Assembly: GCA_001949185.1 (NCBI GenBank)
Contig: BDGG01000010.1
Span: forward strand, 1,683,773 to 1,747,772
Origin: Ramazzottius varieornatus
Taxonomy: Eukaryota > Animalia > Tardigrada
Length of the DNA: 64,000 nt
Direction: 5' to 3'
In this document: positions 38,701-51,336 of the stretch, in pieces
Position numbering within the stretch: position 1 is the stretch's first letter
How the letters are laid out: each line of letters opens with the position of its first letter
Program-made: the position numbers and the translations under genes
The notes under the pieces: model-generated
Database searches by the model: none
The model's input: the letters and a program-made list of their open reading frames with translations, nothing else
Told to the model about the DNA's origin: nothing

Positions 38701-39037
38701 ACTCGCCGACACAGTTCGAAACATTCCTCGGACACCGAAACGTAAGTTGTAATCTCGTCGAACATTGATGAAGAGGTGTAACTAATTTCTGTCTGGACTA
38801 TTGCAGATGCAGAAGCAAGCGAACTTCCTGAAGATTCGCAACTGTGTCCTGTACCAGTACCGAAATCAGTCAGTGCTGCAAGGCTTGATGCAGCCTATGG
38901 ATGACACCGTGGATGCGCTAATGAGGCGTAACATGATCAGTGCATCCCACAGGCCACGACAGTAAGTCTGTAGTGTCGAGCGAACCGGGATGTTGTTTAT
39001 TGTTTCTCGTAGGCTCAATGGCCTCTATGCGCTTTAG
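35718..39037 (+). CDS. FAM120: FAM120 (constitutive coactivator of PPAR-gamma-like) PIN-domain protein, multi-exon
   Basis: IVVDA..RLYGGYHPDWVTGGIW, W|FAP..LRL, IRRRAYGLLF, FFDGNVFH match FAM120 family motifs. Confidence 0.85.
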
Positions 39038-40225
39038 AATTGCGAGGCACAAACGCTTGCATGACTGTGAACCTGAGGTGATTGAGGTCCCTCAGGGAAA
39101 TGGACAAGACAATGGCTTTGCAATGGCGCAACCGTAAGTCCGCTAGAAATAGTGCACCATTACGACCAGAGATGCCGTTTTTCCCAAGTCATGTCAATCT
39201 AAAGCTTTTTCTCCTTTGCTGTCCTGGTAGTGATAACGTTGAATCTGATCAAATCAGAAAACGATGGAAGCAAGCTTTCTAAAGTCTTCTGGATTGATCA
39301 CCTTCCCCCTTTCCCGCTGCTTTCTTTTCTATGTGAATGTCAGTGCTCGCGCAGCTTGCTTCTGTTTGCCTGTTTTGTTTTGTACCTTCACTTTCATTTT
39401 ACGATTGCGATTGAGTGCATTCTCTGACGGGTGTCATTGACTTTTGCAGGGGTTCGTCAAGCTTCCGATTCCAGGCAGCACCACCAGTCTATCAACCACA
39501 AGGTGGACAGCCCGGTCTTGTTCCTGCTTTTGGTTGCCGTTATCAGGATGTTCCTCATAACGGCGGACCTCGGTACTACTAGTTTTCCTGTCTTTTGTTG
39601 AACCTTTGAATCTCTGTAGAAACTGCTCTTTGAATGAAGTGACCAGAACGCAAAACTTGCTTTATGCGGTGGTGTTTCGGCTGATCCAACCGATAAATTA
39701 GTTGGAAGGTTTTTTGCAGGTCTATATAGTAGGGAGAGAACTGTTTGTTACTTTTTCCCTGTTAGATCGTTTGTTTTCCATATTTTGGTATCTGTGTGAT
39801 GACGGATGTACTTTCGCTGCTTTACATAAATTTTGTTTCCTTGTTCAGCAAGAATCGTACTGTGGTCGTTAGTTCGGACAAAGCTACAGCCTACAAGCCC
39901 ATGTACAAGGTGTCCATTAGGCTTTAGCAATTGTTCTGGAACACGGGCAACGAAAAATATGATGTGGATCGGTACTACTATCCTTTCGTCGAGGAACAGA
40001 GAATGGTACGGTTACTCGTCCAGACTCCAGGAGAGCCCGACTGACCAGAAGTACCGGGAAATCCGATTGCCGCCCAGGGGTTTCGTAAGCTAGCTAGGAT
40101 TAGAGAGGATACTGTGGATTCGCAATTTCCGTACTGAGTTGCTGTAATACCGTACAGTCCTACCTGTGAGATGTGACAGTTCAAACGCCCGATTTCAGTT
40201 TCGCACGGTACGTGTAAGCACGGGG

Positions 40226-40348
40226 CTGCTCGCTATGCTGTCGCATGAGAACGATCGGCTGATCGGACACGCGCTCGATTACTTGATCAAGTCAAGCCAT
40301 AACCGGACATCGATCAGCTGATCGTACTGCGCGGTGCATGGCCAGCAG
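40226..40348. repeat. Imperfect palindrome upstream of TMEM242
   Basis: ctgctcgctatgc/gcatggccagcag and acgatcggctgatcg/cgatcagctgatcgt arms around a central acttgatcaagt. Confidence 0.55.
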
Positions 40349-40719
40349 TATCGCACAGAAACGCTGTTCGGTTGCAGAAGAAGCAATTGTCACATCTCAC
40401 AGGTAAGACAGTAAGACTGTATTTGGGATTTTGGGTCCAAAAATTTGAAGTTACCGTACTCGGAGCATCATTTTCTGAAGACCACAGAAGCGTTCCGTTT
40501 ACATGGCTTCATTCTCCCTGTTTCTCACTAGCTGTTGTTTGCAGTACTCTGGATTGCTTCTGGGACGTCCGGACGTACGTGGCGCATCTCGCCCTACAAG
40601 CATTGTCTGGTGGCGGAGCCTGCAGCCTCTTACTTTTTGACCGAACCAACCTCGGCCCTACCGGAACTTGACTACTGACGTCCAGGTGCTGACTACCACC
40701 ACGCTCCCAGTGCCCCAAC

Positions 40720-41241
40720 ATGGCGCTTAACTCGGACGGTTCAGCATTATTGATGGAGCCGCATTTGCTACGACCGGACGTTACAGGGCTGCCAGGGCAA
40801 GACGACTCCATAACACAGACGACTGCTGCTACAGCGCCAACCGGAAGTAAATCTGAGACCATCTCCAAAGCAGTGTTCCTTGGTGGAGTTACCTTTCTGG
40901 GACTACTTTCGGGCTTTGGTTCGGCCTTAGCCATGGCCAAGAAGCGAGATCCTACATCCTTTGATAAAGGTTTACTGCCTGAAGCAAAGAAACTAGAAAG
41001 TGGTGCCTCATTTGCTCTACGAGCTTTGGGATGGGGAACACTTTATGCCGTTAGCGGGGTTGGACTGCTGTGTTTCACCGTGTACAAGATTCTCGATGTT
41101 CAGAGTGCACTTGACTTTAGACAAAAGATGAAGAATCTAATGCCGTCAGTGCCCAAAAGGGAGCCAAATCCCAGTGAGCGAACAGAGTTTGCTAGTATTC
41201 GAGAATTTTTCGAATATTACGGGGAAGAAAAACGCAAATAA
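40720..41241 (+). CDS. TMEM242: Transmembrane protein 242 (DUF1358), intronless CDS
   Basis: FLGGV..GLLSGFGSALAMAKKRDP..FDKG..ESGASFALRALGWGTLYA..FRQKM. Confidence 0.93.
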   Translation: MALNSDGSALLMEPHLLRPDVTGLPGQDDSITQTTAATAPTGSKSETISKAVFLGGVTFLGLLSGFGSALAMAKKRDPTSFDKGLLPEAKKLESGASFALRALGWGTLYAVSGVGLLCFTVYKILDVQSALDFRQKMKNLMPSVPKREPNPSERTEFASIREFFEYYGEEKRK

Positions 41242-41346
41242 AACTACTCTTTAGCACCATCACATCACTCCAAACGGCGGTGTCTGTAGGTTCGTTGACT
41301 TCGTTCCTTTGTAAAACTGTAAACAGAAGTCGCCACGTGATTTTCT

Positions 41347-41983
41347 TTACACCTTCATGAGGCCAGGTCTCGCCATCCGAAGGTTTGGTTGTTGAGGGTA
41401 GTTCCTGTCTGGGATATCAGGAACAGCATCAAGACCCTAAAATGCAACACAGGTTTTCTTGATTACATCTCGCTGTCCAACAAAATCAACGGCAACCGCA
41501 CGCAAATCTCACTGCAATTCATCCATAGCCATGTAACTTAGCTGCAAGAACAGACGCCCTTACTCGAGTATCGTAAGTGAATCCCGTGAGCTGCTGATCG
41601 CGATCAAAGTGGTTGACATCGTGCCAGTCCATTCTCGGTCTCCTGCACCACTGAAAAAACGATATCAATTATTAGTTCAGAAGGCAAGTACTGGGCAAAT
41701 CTTTCAGGAGAGTAGGACAACAAGAAGTTTTCGATGATAGTAGCAGGTCGAGGTACAAATGTACAATCAGCTATTTTTCGTACACTGTACTCGAGCCATC
41801 GCCCGAACAGCGTTGTCTGACGTCTTCGCCACCACTCCTTGATGCTTGTCGAGGGAAGAATTTTACTCATACATTAGAGCTTACCTTTCCGAGGATAGCC
41901 TTGTGGCTGAAGTACGAGGTGAAGAAGGGAGCCCAGATACATCCAGTGACGATCCCCATAGGGATAAGGATCTCGTACCACAT
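41347..41983 (-). CDS. NDUFA1: NADH:ubiquinone oxidoreductase subunit A1 (MWFE), 91 aa, exons 41983-41885, 41650-41564, 41436-41347
   Basis: Manual splicing gives MWYEILIPMGIVTGCIWAP...GK|WCRR...DRDQQLTG..YDTR|GLDAVPD; all junctions phase 0 and GT-AG; not in the ORF track. Confidence 0.92.
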
Positions 41984-42830
41984 ATCTTAAACAGTTTATG
42001 AAAGTCCCAGATCCTTCCTCACGTACTGCAGCACTCTGACTTCCGACGAGCTGAGATTCCCCTGCAAAGAACAGCAGTGCAGGCTGTACAACCATTAAAG
42101 GTGGCAAACATCCAGAGAAGGTTTTGGGAGAAATTCTGACAGTGACACTGAATTTTGTTTTCCGGTTTGCTTTTAAGTTTCATTGCCGACTTTGCGATCT
42201 CTTGCTTTCACACTATGCAACGAAGGTTAATCAATTGTCAACGGGTAAGCCTCTAACGAGGAAAGATGTCGAACATTGAGGCGTGGTCTCGAGAGGTCAG
42301 CCACGCCTGGTCGAACAACTCATACGCCTCACTCGAATGAGTCATAAGTTTGTCTAGATCTCCGTACGCCAGCTCAAACTCAAAGCGGAGATTTGCGAGC
42401 ACAGTCTGGTTGCTTCGTCCGTGTTACTCCTCACATACGATCTCACACCGCCACCCGTATATCTATTTTGTACGACAGATCTCTACATCTCGGTCTTACG
42501 TGGTGATCGCCTGGGAGTTTTCTTGAAACGGGCGAGTTGAACGGCATCGCCAGAGTTAGCTGACCGGTCACAGCGTCGTTGACGGTAGCGTTGCTCTATA
42601 ACACGGTGCGCGAGTGCATTAGTAGACCTTATCAATCTTTAGCCACAGTCGAGTTTTCCACTTTGGAAACGTGTTCGGTTGAACTGTGTTCCTTTACCCA
42701 GCAGGTACATCGAACGGTCCGGAACAAGACGACAATTGGACCTTAGCAAACAGCGCTGATAGTCAACCTCAAGAGAGTATCAGTTGGCTGAACCTCACCT
42801 CCTCACCAGTCGATCGCTCGCCAGGAAGGA

Positions 42831-45800
42831 ATGGTCTACGAAGGACTGAGTGCCATGGCGCCATTTAATCAGGGAAAAGCCAACAACAGCACCGCTCCTT
42901 ACCTTGACGCCGCAGCCACACCCGACTTGTCCTGTCAGTGTCTCCACAGCCTGGCCAGCGGATACCGTGGACTTTTCATGGAAGATCCCGGCTTCACCAT
43001 GTGGCTGGAGGAACCCGATCCGCTCGGTAAGTGCCAACTATCTGCTTCCTCCAGCTGAATCCATAAACCCTAAAATTCAGTCCTCCAGCCTTAAAGTTAG
43101 TCCTTAAAGTTCAGTCCTTAAAGTTACCAAAAGCTCAGAGTCAAGACAGGACTCTTTACGATGTCGATCGTTAGCGACTTCCGGTCCGTCAAGGAAACGG
43201 ATGCTTTCGGTTTGTTCGATAGAAATCTTCGGTTCGTTCAGGCTAAGCGCCTCTTTGGGAGGAATCGAATATAGGAAGGCCGCTAAATTATTCTGTCTGC
43301 TATTTTTGAATCGTTGAAATTCGGGTTAAAGTATGATGCGGGGGCTTCCGTGTTGCCTGGGCTTGGGTGTATTTTCAGATGCTTTCTGACAACTGTCTTA
43401 TGACTTCAAAACATGTCATCCCCAAAGACCGAAGAAGGATGTCAGGAACAATCAGGATGTGTGAGTTGACCGATGATTGCACGTTTCGAAGTAGAGATGC
43501 GTCGTTTACGCTAAAGATTCTACGTAGGTCGACGAAGTGACGCGTGTACGGCCATTGTATGTGTTCCGTTGACATGGTTACCCCGTTCAAGAGACGGAAG
43601 ATGAGCGCGCGAGTCAGCGAGCTGGCCTGGGTCGTGTATCCGCACATACGCGCTAATTTTACACCTGTAAATACATTTGTGCGTGCGGCGGAATTTCCAG
43701 ATTTGACAGGACTTACGTCCTTCTTGATGCGTCCCGTGATCACCTGCGGGACGAAGGGATTTCCGCAGGCGAGGCTTGGAACCCAAAGTCTTTGCCCTTC
43801 CCTTTAGTCAAACATGATACGCGACCCGTACAGGATTACTCACTGCTTATATTACTCATTGCAGGATGAGGAAGAGCAACAGTTACGCCTTACTTCACGA
43901 ACCTTCTCGAAACCACCACGTCACTAACAGAAAGCCTAGAAAAAGCTTGCTGAATTTAGGTTTATCTTGATGAAGATTGGGACGTGGGCAAATGAATCAA
44001 ACCAGATTGTTGTCCCAAGTGGCGCACACCATCAGCTACTAATAATAAGACCGTTCGCCACTTGTTGAATTCCTTTGCAATTGGCCACTGCCCACTTGCC
44101 AGTTATTATGAGGAACTTCTGCCATTCGGAAAGTCGAACATAAAGTCAAACGATTTGTGAGTTCTTACGTAATGGAACTTATCGATCTTGCTCTACGTAG
44201 GAGGAAGCAATTTTGCCGATTGAAGATCATGGAGACATTTTCTTACCGTGTTCTTCAATTATATTAAGCGGTTGTTGCATAACTTTGCTCCGTGGGGATC
44301 TTCCTTCTAGCTTCCGTTAGGTTGGAATTGAGGAAAATGAAGGCCAACTAAAATTATAAACGCCAGAAGTGAAGCAGGCTTGATTTTTTGAATGATGTCA
44401 GCGAAATTTTCGGCTTTTAGAGCAACAGTTTCTGGTTACAAGGAACACGCGCATTCCTGGCATCAGTGTCAAGCGTTTCAAGCATTGTGACGGCGAAAGT
44501 CAAATATACTGACTTTGCCGCTGTTGCAATTGGCACAAGCGCTATATTGTTGCAAGAATGTCGATGCGTTACCTAATGCAATTTGCACTTGGAAAGGCTT
44601 GACATTGCTCTTTTTCCGAGCAGCAGCTCAGCCAATTGCCAGAAAAAGAAATGAGGAAATAACTCCGTCAAGGACGCGACAGTCTACTTTTTCTCTTCTT
44701 TGAGCAGGTGCGCTATAATGCAGTCGCGTCGTCCTGGTCTACATAGCGCAGCTCAGTGCTTTTGCGTGGTATTTTCTTTGAGGTTCGTCAACAATTGTTA
44801 GCGCTCGAGTCTTCGCTGCGCTTGAGTGTATGGCCATGATGAATATGTGGAACACCGAACAAGGCATCTAATCAATACAAGCTTTTGGCGCACAGTTGGC
44901 GTCAATGGAGCTTGTCGAGGACTCGTAGGACTGCTCCTCATTCTTATCGTGCCTTATTAGCAAAGAACGCATGGATACTATTATCCAGCTCTGAGACCGC
45001 GTCGCCCTTGTTTCAGAGTGCGAAGAAAAGGCCTTTCTGGTCAAAGCGTAGCAACTCCTGAGTAGAAGCACAGCGAAAAATCAGCTGCGCAAGTGAAACG
45101 GGACCAGGTGAGCTGCGCGACTGAACCGGGGCAACAGTGCACTTCGGCGTAGGTGGCGCCATCACTTCGGGTTTGAAAGAAGCGGTTGCGTAGTTTAGTC
45201 AGATCTTTCACCTCTTCGTCGGAATGTGCAGTTTCCCATAAACGATGCGTCGAGCGAAATCTCGAGGATGTTTTTATAACTGCGTGTGACAGCGTTTTGA
45301 AGCATGCATGCGCCACTGATTGCGGAAGGTTCACGCCGTCATATGACATATACGCCGTGCACCTCCTCCGCGTTCGTTTAGCTAGAACTTGTCAGGTGCG
45401 TGAGGTGACTGCACTCTTTACGCTTCCGACACCTTCTGCGATTCTCGGACGACGTCAATGCCTCGTTCATGATCATGCTCGCGTTCTCGGCGGAACGAAA
45501 CTGCAAGGACATTGCTCCTCATGTACGCGCACCGGAAAGCGTGAAGTGCGAAGGTAACTGAACTAGAAGCCGCACTTGCGCTGTGAGATCGATAGCTTGA
45601 GGATCTCATTCCATTGACTCTGAATCCCTTGCAGGTGCGAACAAGCCTGTTTGGTCATTGTGAGAGCGTTTCGCCAAGGTTGGGACGAAGGGTTAAGAAG
45701 AAGGTCTTGTAGGATGGTCAAGTCCGTTGGTGAAGGACGGTGAGTCCGTCAATGGGCAATCGTTGCCGAACAGCTCTGTCTGCGGACGCTTAAAGTAAGG

Positions 45801-47788
45801 TATCAGTTACAGATCATGTCGAACGCTGGATTATGCGGTTTGTTAACGAGCGAACGAGATGATGAATACGGATGGGTCAAGGTTAATTGACGGCAGCCTT
45901 GTTTACACAGGGATGGATTATCCGGAATCGTGGTACCATGCTTTCACAGTGCTTCGTTGAAGGTGGGGTGCTCGAGTGGCGTCTTTTGAGGAACAACCAT
46001 GAAGGCTCTTCAAGGTCGGAGACCCAACCAGCCGTGTCAAGGTCCGTTGTCGTCGTCGCACATTTTGGTGCGTTTATAGTCGGCAGAGTACGTTGTTAGG
46101 CTATGACGGCTCCGTCGGTTCGTTGGACGTCTGGCTATTAAAGATAATTTTATTTGTTTTGAAAAGCCTTCATGTTGCGCGTCCATAACAACCAAAACGC
46201 ACGCAAGTCTCTTGAGACTTGGAAGACCTACGCGTTGAGCCGTCCATAATGTACGTCACGTCGTACGATATCTCATGCTGTTCCTCTTTGAGCATTCTAT
46301 TCGCAACGATATCTTGACAGTATTATCAAAATTCTCCTGCAAATAGCGACAGAATCACAGTGTTGAGCTCTGAACTCCTGGATATAGCCACCAGTGGTGA
46401 ACTGGGAAGAACTCATTCGTTGTGCCGCCCTGACAGTAAAATATGCCCACAGATTCGTAGTCAGTTGACACAAAAGACTGGCCTCTAATCGCCATTTAAC
46501 GTTTTTCCATTAGAGAGCAATTTTGTCGTAATCGATAACATCCCGTCGCAGAGAGCTTCCGGTCTTTCCCTGTAATTATGAGAAATCGACCAGGCGCGTA
46601 TCCAATAGGGAGGAATTAAGTACTTGCGCTACAAGGCCTTTCTTCGTTGAAGGAATATACAACACAGACCAGTGTTTCCCGTATATACGTCCTTTCATTG
46701 GTTTCCTCCTGCGTCTCTCCCGCGTAGTGAAACACTTTACAACGTCGTATTATTTCATTAATGTCTACTTAAACACGCTCGTCAGAAGCGCCGTCGATGG
46801 TATTGTCGGCACGAGCCTCTTTGCATATTCGACAGTCCTTCTCTGTAAAGCTCATTTTTCCATTCTAACATTTTACCCGTCACTGGCTGGATATTCCTGA
46901 CTATCTTGTTTTCATCTTTATAGTGATCGATTGTGACGAAGAGAACTGCGGACATTCGGAGAACTCGGTACCTTGTGGACAGTTCCGCCTGCCGTCACAT
47001 TCATTCGGCGCCAAGGGAACTCCCCGTATCAGCTTTCGTCAGCTCTCAGACAACTGCTGGACTAAACGCCGGGCTTGTTCCGAGGGTAACTTGTTGGTCG
47101 GTCCAGTCCAGAAGATTGTTCAGAACAGCTGTCCTTGTGAAATGGTCCAAGGCGTTTCTTCACATCAAACCTGCCAGAAAATAGGTCTTTCAATTCCGGA
47201 CAGCTGCTGCTTCTCGTAAGTTTTCTTTTAAATCCTTTTCCTAAATTCCACCGAAAACCGAATGTATGAAAGTTGGCAAATGGATTTACCCTGATCGATT
47301 CCCAAGTAGCGCACGCTCGCCGCCAGTAATAATGACAACGTGCGCCACTAGTGATAACGATCTGGCTGAAACCATTCGACGTCTGTTTTTAGGAATTTCG
47401 AGTTTATTCTTTCATTTTCTTCATCGTTCATAGGTGTGGCTCGGATTGGGAGAAAGATCATACAGCCTGGGCTTGTTTCGAATGTGGCGGATACGGACTC
47501 GTTCGACCTTGCATCACCTGCAACGGGAAGTGCGGGGAACTGTGGATGCGCGACCTCAAGATGGTACGTTGTTCAGTTTAGCCAACTGCTGTGCCTTTAC
47601 TTATGCTAGATATTACCGGTTGCCATGTTCTGATCGAGTTACATATTTCATTTCTTTGGCAGACACACGTGACAGGAGTGGCTAATTGGATTGGATCCTG
47701 TCCTCTTCAGCAGATCGAAGCCGGAGAACCTAGCGTGGCTCCCCATGACTCGAAAAAGTCTAATGCCGTAGTTCACGTGCAAGGTTGA
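42831..47788 (+). CDS. Pino: Pinocchio-like Cys-rich protein, 247 aa, exons 42831-43026, 46924-47215, 47434-47563, 47663-47788
   Basis: Spliced product contains CFSCGSDWEKDHTAWACFECGGYGLVRPCITCNGKCGELWMRDLKMTHVTGVANWIGSC, the pinocchio signature; phases are consistent; first exon less certain. Confidence 0.82.
43070..43125 (+). repeat. Short degenerate tandem repeat (about 14-nt unit cagtccttaaagtt)
   Basis: ccttaaagtt occurs three times within 40 nt near the start of pinocchio intron 1. Confidence 0.6.
43980..44064. repeat. Intronic palindromic repeat, copy D (partial; in pinocchio intron 1)
   Basis: ggacgtgggcaaatgaatcaaaccagattgttgtcccaagtggcgc...cgccacttg; shares ggacgtgggcaaatga exactly with copy F. 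Confidence 0.8.
47269..47384. repeat. Intronic palindromic repeat, copy E (in pinocchio intron 47216-47433)
   Basis: ggcaaatgg...gatcgattcccaagtagcgcacg...gccagtaataatga...cgtgcgccactagtgataacgatctgg. Confidence 0.8.
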
Positions 47789-49658
47789 TGGATGATTGAC
47801 TTACCTAGCTGGAAGCATTCGGTTGAAAGCTTTGACTCGGATTACAAGAGTGGGCAAATGGCATTATGAAAGAGACCAAAAGGAACATGTACAGTACCAG
47901 GAAGGATCTTTTGTGGGGGAGTCACGCAAAGAAGTGAACTTGAGAGTCCTCTAGCTGCTTTTTTCATTTTTCCGTTTTTTGAGGACGCTTCTTCAGCACT
48001 TTTCTTAAATTAATTAAACGCACTTTTCTTTCTTCGAAGCTTTCGAATCATCTAATCATAAGAGGAAATTTTCAAGCAGGACTCATGTTTCATGTATATC
48101 GGTTTTTCTCCATGTTCGTCGAATCTAATCAGATTTATGGATTATCTCTTTCACGGTTCCCTAACTGAATTGAACTTTGCTAAATTGGGATTCTCCTAAG
48201 CAGCTTCTGACGTCTCAGGAACACGCTCTGTTATTATGTAAGGGGAACGACCTGATTTAGATTGCAAGCACGTGAATCTATGTAGGTAGGTTCTGACGCA
48301 CTTCCGCCTGCAACATAAGCAAAACAGACCTTGTCGCGACATCGACCAAGGTAATGAGTCTCCGATTATCTGAATTATGAACAAGTGGTCGACATCACGT
48401 AATCTTGTCGTAAACTGTGTGTAAAAGTATATTTATGGAAATCGGTAAGTGTTCTGTTGTGGAAGTGTGCTTGCGAAGTCCCTGCGTCTTTTCGATCTTC
48501 GGAATCTCCTGCAGACGTAGGCAACGAGCCGAACTCACGTCTTGGGAAAATCTGCTATGTGATCAGAGAGTTACTTTACTCTCTGATTTGACGCTGCGGA
48601 TCTTCAGTACTGGCTCGAGGAAGTGATCTGGAGGAAGTTATCAGATAAAGGTACAGGTCATACGTCTCTTAATTACTCCTCCCGATCAGATGGATCAGAA
48701 TGGAAAATTCCGCCGAGTTCGTCATCAGCGGACTTCGGCGTAAAGTACAGTCATTGTACATGCTGCATTTCCGACGGTCACTGTAAAGGTTCACCACCGC
48801 GAGCGCGTCAGTTTCATACGTACGTTATACGGTCAGTAAACAGAGATAACGAAGAACGGTCCCAGGAGAAACCACCCACTTATTACCGAATTATCGTCCA
48901 TTGAAAGGCACTTTGTACCGCACTGGCGTTTGCCTAAGGAAAAACTGTGCCATTATGCGTGCAGCGGAAAAACATTGCGGCAAGAACCAGCAGGCTCTTT
49001 AGATTTCAGGCATTCGGCATGTGATGAGGATACCAAATTGCAGGAGAAATTCTCCGTTTTAGAATACCCAAGGTTAACCTTAAAATACTGGCTTGCAGGA
49101 CTGGGATTTTCCGGTACTCGAACCTTCGCTCGAACCGAGGAGAGGCTCGCTGACTCATTTGTATAGAATTTGTAAGCAGTTACCGCCCATAGAACAGCTC
49201 GTTACCGGCGTGTGATGATCTGTCTGGGAGGTGGTAAGATCATTCCTCTAGGCCATGACACCCTCTTTCTCCTCATGTTTAATTTCTCACAGTTTCGACA
49301 GACTTCTGCTCAATGATACCGAAATATGATTTTGCCCATCCATATGTAAAAGGCCATTATGAAGATCCAATAGACCGAATGCTGTTTACGCCATGGCTGA
49401 TACATAATAGAGAGGTTGATATTTGACTTGATCAGTGTTTAGCACAGGTTTAGCACAGTGAGCAAGCTCCGCCTCCTGGCTACACTAAACCAGCAGAGGT
49501 TGCGACTTGCACTACGCAAACTCGTGATTAGCATACCTCACGTACGTACGCGTTCGATAAATTTTTGGTTTTATTTTTCGCCTTAACATTAACTGTAGGT
49601 TTGCCGTACTTTCAGTCTTTCAGTGTGTAGTTTTCCTCGAAAATTGTAGCTGTACACC

Positions 49659-50051
49659 ATGCCTCTCCGTAGCGGTCGTGTCCTTAAGCTTCCCAGAGAA
49701 AGTTCGACAACAGTCCCTTCTAAGGACAAGAAAGAGCCCAAGAAGAAGAAGCAAGGTACAACCCCTGTTGAGCCGGCCTCAGCTGTCAGCCCTGTACGTT
49801 CGCCTTCTCCGCCGATAGTCCTCCCTTCCCCACCTGCGCCTGTTTTGCCTCTTCCCACTGCTACTGCTCAAACTATCCCCGGAGAAGAGAACATCCCACC
49901 TTCGGTTGCTTCAAAGCTGTTCAAGCGTCTCAACGCGAAAGTGACGAAAACATTGAAGATGCTGTCTCTAAGTAGCAACCACACACATGGACCAGCTCGA
50001 GCATCAAACCGGGAACGACGGAGCCAGTCGGGCATGGAAATGGACGAGTGA
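49659..50051 (+). other. Pro/Lys-rich ORF inside the PHIS-like element, possibly the N-terminus of an internally deleted transposase
   Basis: ORF convergent with the Myb/SANT ORF, as in two-gene Harbinger layouts; no DDE motif visible. Confidence 0.35.
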
Positions 50052-50596
50052 ACACCTGGACGAAGGCGGAAAGAACGCTCCCTCATTCCTTGTTTGGTAG
50101 TTAGCTCTCCCTGCTATGGTTGTGCGAGATTTCCACTTCCTTTCTGGTGCCTGATCTCGGATTATAATCTCTATGTGTCAATCTCTGAAGTTAGTCTTGG
50201 TCGCTTCCACTTGCCAAAGCTTTTAGTAGTGTATTCTTATGTTTCGTTATCCTCTGACGATCGAGGAAGCCATCGACTAGATTTTCGAGGCTCAATAAAT
50301 CTATCTATCTATCTAGCCAAGGCTACAGTTGACTTTTACATTGAGACTGGGAATGAAGATGCAGTTGAGCATACAGTGCAAAGCTGCAGTTGGGCATACA
50401 GTGCAAAGCTCCAGTTAACCTCAAAGTAGAGCCAAGTACCAAGGCTACAGTTAAGGGACTCACAGCAGTGACAGCACGTAGAATTCCACAAGGCTGTACA
50501 TAAAGCTACAGTTGACGGTATCGTTAGCTTCACCATGACACACTGAAAACGCATCTAATCATCCAATCGAGGCAACATTTGGGTAGCATTTGTACC

Positions 50597-51336
50597 TACG
50601 GCGAACTCTTTCTCACGTATCTCCAGTTCTTTCCGCCGTATCTCTTACTTACTCTCCTCCAGCCTGATCCGTCTCTCCTCTAGTCTGCTTTCCCATTTCC
50701 ATTTGCGTGAGATAGCAGCTTCAATATCTGCCTTCTTTTTCTTCATCTTTCCCGAGCTTTCCGAGCACCTGTCACTCTCGGTTGAAGAGTCATCATGAGT
50801 AGAGCCATCGTTATCTGCCTTCTTCCTGCTATAGATTTCCATGGCCTTCTGTCGGATCTCCTTTCTTATCTCGTTGTTCTCGAGAAGTCGCTTCTTGTTG
50901 AGAGCATGAGCTGAACCTGGCCCAGCGCAGGTGGAAGGAACGATCTTCTCGTCCGCAGCAGCTTTATCGATGTCAGCGTCACACTGTAACGCGATCAGAT
51001 TCGCCAGACCCACCTTTAGCTTGGTGACACTTTCTTTCGATCCACTCTTCCATCTTGCTTTGTAGTCGTTGGCTTGAAACTTCTTCAGTAAGTTATCGTA
51101 GTGAAGCTTGTAGCATCGCACTTCTCGCTGGAATCCGTTGAAGGCGTCCATAGCGATCTTGACATCTTTCCAGCCGGCCTGAGCGGTATTGAATATCGGC
51201 TTCTTCTCCTGGATTTCGTTACATAAAGATTCTCTTCTTCCCGACTGAAGTCCCTCCGTGGTTTACCTGAGCTGGAAGCTTCTGCTATAGACAGGTCATG
51301 AGCGTCTGACCCATCGACCGCGATCGACTCGTCCAT
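50597..51336 (-). pseudogene. Myb/SANT-like DNA-binding plus coiled-coil protein of the element (frameshifted)
   Basis: RRDFSREEE..(frameshift)..KKP..AGWKDV..YDNLLKKF..KSGS..IRQKAME..LEERRIRLEE, the typical Harbinger accessory-protein pattern. Confidence 0.7.

Noticed and set aside
42831-43058. Possible antizyme-type frameshift ORF
   Set aside because: No TCC-TGA shift site in frame; the exon splices in phase to pinocchio.
44820-45349. Deaminase-like HSE...PC words on the minus strand
   Set aside because: Second Cys absent, frames broken by stops, and the region is inside pinocchio intron 1.
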